Below are positions 9,765-17,276 of a DNA stretch of 32,582 bases, piece after piece. Both the position numbers and the translations under genes were made by a program. The notes beneath the pieces were generated by a model, which saw nothing but the letters and a program-made list of their open reading frames with translations, did not search any database and was not told the origin of the DNA. Position 1 is the stretch's first letter; every line of letters begins with the position of its first letter. Source of the DNA: an uncultured bacterium (GTDB lineage: Bacteria > Zixibacteria > MSB-5A5 > UBA10806); assembly GCA_965541585.1 (NCBI GenBank), contig CBEUCH010000025.1, forward strand, positions 1 to 32,582, read 5' to 3'.

Positions 9765-10202
9765 GTGAAAGTAATAGACATACTCAGGGAAAAGAAATCT
9801 GGAGTAAAAACTATTTCTCCTGATAAGTCCTTAAAGCAAGCATTGAGATCCATGATGCAAGACAAGGTGGGATCTTTGATAGTCACGGAGCGCGAAAACA
9901 TCCCGTTAGGTATAATAACCGAACGAGATATTCTCCGATATATAGATCGTGTGGATAATTGGGAGAAGACCGTTATAAGCGACGTCATGACAAAGAAACT
10001 CATAATCGGTTTACCCGATGACGATGTCGAGGTCATAATGGAGTTTATGACAAAGAATTACTTCCGTCACGTTCCAATCCTCGATGAAAAAAAATTAGTG
10101 GGTATAATCTCCATCGGCGATATTATCAAGGCACAGCTGCAGGATATCAAAACCGACAACCGATTTCTCAGTGACTATATTTCAGGGAAATATCCAGCGT
10201 GA
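9765..10202 (+). CDS. CBS domain pair protein
   Basis: VGSLIV..GIITERDIL..VISDVMTK..FRHVPIL..LVGIISIGDIIK; RBS AGGGGAG before GTG. Confidence 0.92.
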   Translation: MKVIDILREKKSGVKTISPDKSLKQALRSMMQDKVGSLIVTERENIPLGIITERDILRYIDRVDNWEKTVISDVMTKKLIIGLPDDDVEVIMEFMTKNYFRHVPILDEKKLVGIISIGDIIKAQLQDIKTDNRFLSDYISGKYPA

Positions 10203-10628
10203 TTACGGTGGTAGTTCGAACTGCCATTATTGTAATCAGACTCCTAGAGCTCGAGAATCATCTTGATTTATGAGTTTGTTGGAACGTCCACCAACACCTG
10301 AAGCCATCCAAACACAGAGAAGCTTAACTTCCGATATAGCAGGACTAACTTAAAATATAGTACTACTAGCAGATCAGAGATTCGAACCTTCGCCGCGAGG
10401 CTTCTACTTTTCCTGATCACAGATTTTGTTAATCCGTTGAACGATAACCCATTACGCCGCCGCACAGGGATTTATCCCAATTCTGACGTCACTTTTCGAA
10501 AACTGAGAAAAGCCATTGAATACTGGCGGATGCATGACCGGGCGCAGTGCCTAAGTTAATGGTAATACTTAAGTTAAAAAGGCGACCAAACGATCTCACA
10601 TTTTTATGACCATTATCATGAAATTCCC

Positions 10629-10657
10629 TTGACACGAAGTAGGTGTGAAAATATAAT
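10629..10657 (+). promoter_or_regulatory. Consensus sigma70 promoter of the GntR gene
   Basis: Perfect TTGACA-N17-TATAAT. Confidence 0.85.
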
Positions 10658-10679
10658 TGTTATAGTTGATCTATTACAA
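10657..10679. promoter_or_regulatory. Palindromic GntR (YtrA-type) operator, probably autoregulatory
   Basis: TTGTTATAG-ttgat-CTATTACAA inverted repeat (1 mismatch), fitting TGTnnTA-N7-TAnnACA, lying between the -10 box and the RBS. Confidence 0.65.
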
Positions 10680-10687
10680 GGAGCAAA

Positions 10688-11626
10688 GTGGATCTTTTTG
10701 TTAATCTTACAAGCGGAGTCGACCTTCACCTTCAAATCAGGAAACAGATTGAATATTACATTACGGTTGGCGAGCTCAGAGTTGGAGATCGTCTGCCGCC
10801 AATTCGGGAGTTGGAAAAACATCTTGGGGTAAATAGGCACACTATCCGAAGGGCGTATCTGGATCTGGAAAAGCGGGGTCTTTTGCGGGTGCGGCGCGGC
10901 AGCGGTGTAACCGTGGCCGCAGGTTTCTCCAGTGCAGAGAGTAGAAGGCGAGCTCCAAAGATCGGCGAACTCATCGAGACGACTTTGGAAAAAGCAGCCG
11001 AGATGGGTTGTCCGCCGATCGGATTTTCAAAGATCTTGAAAAAGAAAGCCTTAGAGCTGGATCGCCGGTACCCATCCATTGCGTTTGTGGAATGCAGCAG
11101 CGCCCAGGCCAATGATCTGGCAATGGCGTTGGAAACCCACCTGGGACAGGCCGTAATGGGTGTAGATCTTAATGCAGCAATCGAAGATGAATCTGTGGTG
11201 CCCGGAAGCGTGCGGTATGTTGTCGTTCCGGCTTTCCATGCAGACCAGATTCAGGGAGTATTACGGAAAAGGGACGTCCGGATTCTTACCGTCCGAGTTG
11301 AGGTAGGGTACCGGTTCAGGTCCATGGCCGCGAAACTGCTGCCGGTAGAACGTCCATGCGTAATTCTAAGAGATCAGGATTCAAAAGCCCTGATGCCCAA
11401 GGTTGTAAACGAGACTCTCCGCCTGGGAGAAGAGATTATTCCGGTGTTAATGAGCGATGAGAAAGAAGTTAATAACATAATCAACCGTTCTGACATCGTT
11501 TTCTTTACAGCGCCGTGCCGGAATTTCGTGGAAAATGAGGTGCCGGCCGGAAAAAAAAAACAGGAGATACTATTGGAGTTCCCATCTGACGCTCTGGAAC
11601 TGGTGGTGAAAACGACTGGCGCCTGA
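10688..11626 (+). CDS. GntR-family transcriptional regulator (YtrA/PlmA-like wHTH with an extended C-terminal domain)
   Basis: QIRKQIEYYITVGELRVGDRLPPIRELEKHLGVNRHTIRRAYLDLEKRGLLRVRRGSGVTV; RBS AAGGAG before GTG. Confidence 0.92.
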   Translation: MDLFVNLTSGVDLHLQIRKQIEYYITVGELRVGDRLPPIRELEKHLGVNRHTIRRAYLDLEKRGLLRVRRGSGVTVAAGFSSAESRRRAPKIGELIETTLEKAAEMGCPPIGFSKILKKKALELDRRYPSIAFVECSSAQANDLAMALETHLGQAVMGVDLNAAIEDESVVPGSVRYVVVPAFHADQIQGVLRKRDVRILTVRVEVGYRFRSMAAKLLPVERPCVILRDQDSKALMPKVVNETLRLGEEIIPVLMSDEKEVNNIINRSDIVFFTAPCRNFVENEVPAGKKKQEILLEFPSDALELVVKTTGA

Positions 11627-11848
11627 AAACAATTTGACAGAATGGTAAACGCACGGGGAAAAAAGTGTTAAGTACCCTTGTTATCAAAAAAGTCGACACG
11701 ACCGAGCGCATAACAATGGATCTAACTTCAAAATATCACAGTAAATCGAAACCATTCAAGAAGAAAGGAGAAGCTGGAGGCAAAACAACGATAATTCTCA
11801 GCGTTCATTTGAGAGACGATACTAAGCTTATTTAGGAAGGTTTGTAAC

Positions 11849-13237
11849 ATGAAAAGTAGTAAGAGATTCTTTAAGCTCTTGATGGGAACAGTATTTCTGT
11901 TGTCATTCATACTAACGCTTGTACTGGTTTCATACCAGCCGGGAGAAGCTATTCCTGCTTTTGCCCGCAAGTACAGAACCAGCTGTACGACCTGCCATAT
12001 TGCCGTGCCCAAACGCAATGCTTTCGGCGAGGCTTTTCGGAGGAATGGTTACTCCATGCCCGAAGGCGACCAGATGTTGATCAAACAGGAGCCGGTGTCG
12101 TTAGGAGCTGAAGCCTGGAAAGAGGCTTTTCCGGATGCGGTCTGGCCCGGTCTTCTCCCCGCCGAGTTTCCTATTTCAGCATACGTTCACCAACGGTTTG
12201 TAGCCGAATTTGGCGACTCCAAAAAGGGTAACCAGGTTGAATTCGATATGCCCCATGAGCTGGAAATATTCATGGGTGGAACGTTTGATGAATCTTTCTC
12301 GTTTTTCGGGGAGTTTGTACTATTCGAAAAGGGGAAGAATAATCAGGTTGGAGGTCCGGGACTAAAACGATTTTTTTTCCAGTTAAACGATCTCCTTGGC
12401 CCCAAGGATGCTTTCAATATCAGGTTAGGCCGAATAGAACCTGGTATTACAGAAGGTCTGGTTGACAACCAGAGGGTCATGCTGGAACACGCTACCACGC
12501 TTGATTACAAAGCCACCGGAAAGTGGCGCCCCAGAGACCAGCAGTCAGGAATTGAATTCAACGGTATTGTCAACCATCGCTTCCAGTATGCAGCCGGTGT
12601 AGTTAACGGCGAGAAAGCAACGATCTCTGATGCGACCGATGAAAAGGACGCTTACGGACGAGTGGCTTTCAAAATTGGCGGGCTGGGACTGGACGGTTAC
12701 CAGCCGCAGGAACTTACTGAACTGAAGGAAAGCGATAACTGGGCCGACAATGCGGTGACCGTTGGCGCATATTCGTACTTTGGGAACAACGAGTCAGAGA
12801 CTGCCGATATTGATAATGACTTCACTCGTTTTGGATTCGACCTTCATATCAACTATGACCGTTTTGATATGTATAGCGGCGCGATAGTCGGCAAAGACAA
12901 GAATCCATCTGGACTGGATGACACCTACACAGACGATCAAAGAGAGCTCAACAGCCTTGCCTGGTTTGTTGAAGGTTATTACACGGTCTATCCGTGGCTA
13001 ATGCCTGGTTTACGGGTTGGATCTGTCGCTTCTGATCAGAATGATGACGACAAAGACAAATACATGACGTTTTCACCAAATCTTACAATGATGGCACGAG
13101 CCAATGTCAGGGTAACACTTGAAGCCCTGTTAAAGGTAACAGGTGACAAGACTGTTGGTGGCGTTACCGTGGAACCCACAGGTGCTGACGAGGAAAAACT
13201 TAAGTGGATCAAAGCAAACATAATGTTTGTATTCTAA
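11849..13237 (+). CDS. cyc2: Cyc2-like fused monoheme cytochrome c / outer-membrane beta-barrel porin
   Basis: After the signal peptide: AIPAFARKYRTSCTTCHIAVPKRNAFGEAFRRNGY, the Cyc2-type AxPxFARxxxxxCxxCH..P....G..F...GY head. The rest is amphipathic beta-strands ending in C-terminal Phe (NIMFVF). Confidence 0.75.
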   Translation: MKSSKRFFKLLMGTVFLLSFILTLVLVSYQPGEAIPAFARKYRTSCTTCHIAVPKRNAFGEAFRRNGYSMPEGDQMLIKQEPVSLGAEAWKEAFPDAVWPGLLPAEFPISAYVHQRFVAEFGDSKKGNQVEFDMPHELEIFMGGTFDESFSFFGEFVLFEKGKNNQVGGPGLKRFFFQLNDLLGPKDAFNIRLGRIEPGITEGLVDNQRVMLEHATTLDYKATGKWRPRDQQSGIEFNGIVNHRFQYAAGVVNGEKATISDATDEKDAYGRVAFKIGGLGLDGYQPQELTELKESDNWADNAVTVGAYSYFGNNESETADIDNDFTRFGFDLHINYDRFDMYSGAIVGKDKNPSGLDDTYTDDQRELNSLAWFVEGYYTVYPWLMPGLRVGSVASDQNDDDKDKYMTFSPNLTMMARANVRVTLEALLKVTGDKTVGGVTVEPTGADEEKLKWIKANIMFVF

Positions 13238-13290
13238 CAATCCATCTAAACTGAAACGAGGTTTATTCTTAAGCGGTTCAGGAAAGCTGG

Positions 13291-13320
13291 GAGGCAGACT
13301 TTATTAGGATAGTCTGCCTC
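13291..13320 (+). terminator. Stem-loop downstream of the cytochrome-porin gene (terminator or mRNA stabiliser)
   Basis: GAGGCAGACT-ttattaggat-AGTCTGCCTC, perfect 10-bp stem; weak U-tract. Confidence 0.55.
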
Positions 13321-13835
13321 TCCCTCAATTTTGGATAGTAAGAAAGAGGGCGAATCTTCCTCCCTGAATCTTGCCTGATCAATTCGACACCAAATAATGG
13401 TGGAAACCGGAACTGGCTATGAGATATCCAGGTAGAAAGCCCATCTTCCGAAATGAGACCGCTCCCGTCATCCAAGGAGTCGATCGCCATATATCTGTTT
13501 CACTTAGAGCATCAAAGGGGAAAACATCCCAAAACTGCAAATGAATGATAACCTCTTGTCGATTAAATAGCTCCACATTGCCTGGTCCGATTCGGATAAT
13601 CCGATTATAACGATAATAACGACAATAACTATTCTTGACAATTTCCCTCATTTTCATTTAATTCTGTATCATGAGAATGACGGAGGTGGCCGTAGTTTGC
13701 CAGTTGAGTGTTTCTCTTTTTCAGGTTTTGACAGAATTGTAATGTTTCACGGGGATTTTCCATAAAAATAAATGGTCGATTATATTAGGGGACGATTAAG
13801 GGTATGAAAATTCAAGAAGGGCGGGACTTTTCAAA

Positions 13836-14447
13836 ATGAAAAATCTTGTAGCAGCGCTTTTTTTGGCTACAATCGGCCTCACCGCCGTTAGTGCCGACGA
13901 GGTCGAAGACACCAAGAAACCGGCCGGGACAATTAGCGGGACAATCAAAGCGAGGGGAGTGAGAGATGCCAGAGACGTTGTGGTTTATCTGGAGAATGTA
14001 GAGGGAGTTTTTGAGCCCTCTGAGGAAAAGCCGGTTGTTGACCAAAAAAATCTGGTCTTCATACCTCATATTCTCCCTGTATTGATGGGAACAACGGTCC
14101 AATTTTCCAACAGTGATAGTGTTCAGCATAACGTGTTTTCTCCGTCCAAATGCTGCAAATTCAATCTGGGGACTTATGGTGCGGGAATAGTCCGCGAGGT
14201 TACGTTCGACAAAACAGGCAATGTTGCTCTGCTCTGCAATGTCCACGCGGAGATGTCGGCATTTGTCGTGGTTTTGCAGAATCCATATTTTGCTTTGACC
14301 GGCCCGGATGGCATTTTTACCATCGAAGATGTTCCTCCCGGCACTTATACATTAAAAACCTGGCACCAAAAACTGAAAAAAAAGAAACAAGAAGTGACCG
14401 TAATCGGGGGCGACAGTGTTGCTGTCGATTTCAAACTTTCACGATAA
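13836..14447 (+). CDS. Periplasmic cupredoxin (type-1 copper) domain plus carboxypeptidase-regulatory-like domain protein
   Basis: Signal peptide; DQKNLVFIPHIL..GTTVQFSNSDSVQHNVFS..CNVHAEM (H..C-x2-H-x2-M ligands); C-terminal DGIFTIEDVPPGTYTLKTWH. Confidence 0.85.
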   Translation: MKNLVAALFLATIGLTAVSADEVEDTKKPAGTISGTIKARGVRDARDVVVYLENVEGVFEPSEEKPVVDQKNLVFIPHILPVLMGTTVQFSNSDSVQHNVFSPSKCCKFNLGTYGAGIVREVTFDKTGNVALLCNVHAEMSAFVVVLQNPYFALTGPDGIFTIEDVPPGTYTLKTWHQKLKKKKQEVTVIGGDSVAVDFKLSR

Positions 14448-14657
14448 CCATCGATTATTGTCATATAGAAAAGCAATAAAAATGAAGGACAAAAAAACTA
14501 CGAAGCGGATTTTCCTGAAGAAGATTGATGTGGTAATCTGCAGGATACCGTGATAAGATACGGGTTCTACTCAAGCAAGGGATCGTCCGGTTCCACGCTA
14601 GGGAAACGCAAGGGAACAATCCCTCGTGAATAAACATTAAGAATGTGGTAGACGGAA

Positions 14658-15215
14658 ATGCAGGACGCGGAAAAAGCTGAAGAAACGAAGGAGACTTCGA
14701 CTCTCGATCGATTGTCGGAGCGTATCGAACCTCGTCGCAAAATATTGCGTCGTTTAGGGTGGGCCGGGGTCGCAGCCTTTTTACTCGGAAATGTTATAGC
14801 CTCCCTCCGATTTTTTTACCCCCGGGTCCTGTTCGAACCACCCTCGCGTTTTAAGGTCGGAAAACCCTCCGCATATTCGCTGGGTTCGGTAAATACACAA
14901 TACAAAAATAAGCAGAGGATCTGGATAATTCGGAGGGAAGACGGTCGGTTTTTCTGCCTGCATGCGAGATGCCCCCATCTCGGTTGCACTCCCAACTGGT
15001 TGGAGACCCAGAACAAATTCAAATGCCCCTGCCATGGCAGTGGATTTTATCGCGGCGGAGAAAATTTCGAGGGCCCTTCTCCCAGACCCCTCGACAGGTT
15101 CAAGATGAGCCTTGCTGACGACGGGCAGCTGGTTGTGGACAAAAGTGTCATCTTCAAGGGAACAGCAGGATTTGATTCGGATAAGCGTTATCCCCAGAGC
15201 CTGTTGGAGGTTTAA
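14658..15215 (+). CDS. petC: Rieske [2Fe-2S] subunit of a Rieske/cytochrome b complex
   Basis: Tat-like PRRKIL plus TM helix; CPHLGC and CPCHGS boxes; GPSPRPLDR. Confidence 0.95.
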   Translation: MQDAEKAEETKETSTLDRLSERIEPRRKILRRLGWAGVAAFLLGNVIASLRFFYPRVLFEPPSRFKVGKPSAYSLGSVNTQYKNKQRIWIIRREDGRFFCLHARCPHLGCTPNWLETQNKFKCPCHGSGFYRGGENFEGPSPRPLDRFKMSLADDGQLVVDKSVIFKGTAGFDSDKRYPQSLLEV

Positions 15216-15218
15216 CCT

Positions 15219-15509
15219 ATGACTCCTGCAGATAGAAACGGCAGACGACGAAAGAGGCCGACCGCCGTTATCGACTCCACCGGGTGCACGGGCTGCCAGG
15301 TATGCGTCGCTGTATGCCCCTCCAAATGCATAACGATTAAAGAATCGGAACTGAACCTCAACGGGATCGCGGAGGTAGATCGGGAAATTTGCAATGGGTG
15401 TTATTTCTGCGCCATTGATTGTCCCTGGGGGACTATCTCGATGGTCAATCCTGACGGCTCGCTGGCCGACTACAGCAGGAGTTTGAGAAAGGCCCGGGGC
15501 TATGTATAA
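15219..15509 (+). CDS. 2x[4Fe-4S] dicluster ferredoxin
   Basis: CTGCQVCVAVCP and CNGCYFCAIDCP; starts 3 bp after the Rieske stop. Confidence 0.92.
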   Translation: MTPADRNGRRRKRPTAVIDSTGCTGCQVCVAVCPSKCITIKESELNLNGIAEVDREICNGCYFCAIDCPWGTISMVNPDGSLADYSRSLRKARGYV

Positions 15510-15551
15510 GAGACAGCCGGGTGCAGACTATTTTCCCCGGGGGAATGAATT

Positions 15552-16337
15552 ATGAAAAAATGGATCGAGCAAATTCAAAAAAACGAAATCTGGAAATCCG
15601 TCTTCCGGCGAACCTATAAAGACACTCGGAGAAATCGCGCGCTGGCAATCTTCGGGAACGTCTTCCTGCACCTGCATCCCGTCAAAATACGGGAGAGCGC
15701 TGTCAGATACAGATACACCTGGGGGATGGGCGGAATAACGTTTCTCCTATTTATTATTCTGACGATTACCGGAATATACCTGATGTTTTATTATCATCCT
15801 TCGGCCGATCAGGCTTATGCGGATATGAAAGACCTGGAGTTCCACGTGCCCTTCGGGATGTTTCTCAGGAATATTCATCGCTGGGCCGCTCATCTAATGG
15901 TGATCACCGTAATGATTCATATGTTTCGCGTATTCATGACAGGGTCATACAAATCACCCCGACAATTCAACTGGGTGATAGGGGTTGTGCTTCTGGTCCT
16001 CACGCTTTTACTGAGCTTCACGGGTTATCTCACGCCCTGGGATCAACTCGGTTTCTGGGCTATCACGGTGGGCACTAATATGGCCGCCGGCACCCCGTTT
16101 ATAGGCTTTGAAGGGCCTTTCAGCGAGGCTCTGGGCGTGACTCCCTATAATGATATCCGGTTTGCGTTACTGGGAGGATCGTCTGTCGGAGAAAACGCCC
16201 TGTTGCGAGCTTATATCTGGCACTGTATCGGCATCCCGGTTCTGGCCGGCATCTTCATGATCGTTCATTTCTGGAGAGTGAGAAAAGACGGCGGTATATC
16301 GGGACCCAAGCAGCCTCCTTATATAAATGGCAGTTAA
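15552..16337 (+). CDS. petB: Cytochrome b6-type N-terminal subunit (split cytochrome b)
   Basis: [56 protein letters not shown] heme ligands, GISGP. Confidence 0.95.
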   Translation: MKKWIEQIQKNEIWKSVFRRTYKDTRRNRALAIFGNVFLHLHPVKIRESAVRYRYTWGMGGITFLLFIILTITGIYLMFYYHPSADQAYADMKDLEFHVPFGMFLRNIHRWAAHLMVITVMIHMFRVFMTGSYKSPRQFNWVIGVVLLVLTLLLSFTGYLTPWDQLGFWAITVGTNMAAGTPFIGFEGPFSEALGVTPYNDIRFALLGGSSVGENALLRAYIWHCIGIPVLAGIFMIVHFWRVRKDGGISGPKQPPYINGS

Positions 16338-16355
16338 GATCCGGAGCGCTATGGT

Positions 16356-17240
16356 ATGGAACACTTTGTAAAGATAATCTCCAAACCGGACAATGTCGCC
16401 ATCGTTATTATGCTCATCCTGGTGGCTTTTTACACCTGGTGGGCTTTTCGGCAAGCTTTAGCTAACGATCGACGTAAGCAGTCGGGAGGTGCTGTTGATG
16501 GCGAGAACGATAAAAGGATCGATTCCTCGCCGAATCTGGTGCGCATCGAAATGCTGGTGGCGATGGTCGTGATTGCCGGGCTTATGTTCTGGTCTGTGGT
16601 CCTGGACGCTCCCCTGGAGGAAATGGCCAATCCCACCGTGACGCCGAACCCGGCAAAAGCGCCCTGGTATTTCCTGGGGCTTCAGGAAATGCTCGTCTAT
16701 TTCGACCCCTGGATCGCCGGCGTAATTCTTCCGATGTTGATTGTTCTCGGCTTAATGGCGATTCCGTATCTGGATATAAATCCTAAAGGAAACGGCTATT
16801 ATACTTTTTCGGAACGCAAGTATTCGATTCTGATTTTCTGTTTCGGATTTCTTATACTCTGGATTTTTCTGATAGCTATCGGTGTCTTCATGAGGGGTCC
16901 CGGATGGCTCTGGTTCTGGCCATGGCAGGAATGGGACCACAACCGGATAGTCTACCAGCCTGTTGCCGATATGACTCAGCTTATCGGAATTGATTCGCGT
17001 TCGCTGGCAGGGTTCTTTCTGGGAGGAGCCACTGTCTTCCTCTATTTCGGACTGGGAATGATTTTGCCATATTATTATTGGAAAAGAAAGCATGGCGATT
17101 TTCTAAAGAAGCTGGGTTTGACCCGCTACCTGATAATCGGGATACTATTCTGGATTATGATAGGACTTCCGATCAAAATACTATTGAGGCTGAGTTTTAA
17201 CATTAAATACATCTGGGTTACGCCCTGGTTCAATATATAG
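16356..17240 (+). CDS. petD: Cytochrome b subunit IV-like protein with extra TM helices
   Basis: APLEEMANPTVTPNPAKAPWYFLGLQEML (PEWY-equivalent loop), IPYLD; multiple TM helices. Confidence 0.85.
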   Translation: MEHFVKIISKPDNVAIVIMLILVAFYTWWAFRQALANDRRKQSGGAVDGENDKRIDSSPNLVRIEMLVAMVVIAGLMFWSVVLDAPLEEMANPTVTPNPAKAPWYFLGLQEMLVYFDPWIAGVILPMLIVLGLMAIPYLDINPKGNGYYTFSERKYSILIFCFGFLILWIFLIAIGVFMRGPGWLWFWPWQEWDHNRIVYQPVADMTQLIGIDSRSLAGFFLGGATVFLYFGLGMILPYYYWKRKHGDFLKKLGLTRYLIIGILFWIMIGLPIKILLRLSFNIKYIWVTPWFNI

Positions 17241-17276
17241 TTCTGATGGCGACGCGAAAGCGTTGGGACTTGTAGA

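Noticed and set aside
10370..10465. tRNA-like GGTTCGAATC and group II intron-like GTGCG start on the minus strand
   Set aside because: No T-stem or cloverleaf can be formed; no domain V or intron-encoded protein is visible.
14575..14625. Possible riboswitch-like structure upstream of the Rieske gene
   Set aside because: Only imperfect pairing (AGGGATCGTCC/GGAACAATCCCT); I could not match a known aptamer consensus. An Rfam scan would settle it.
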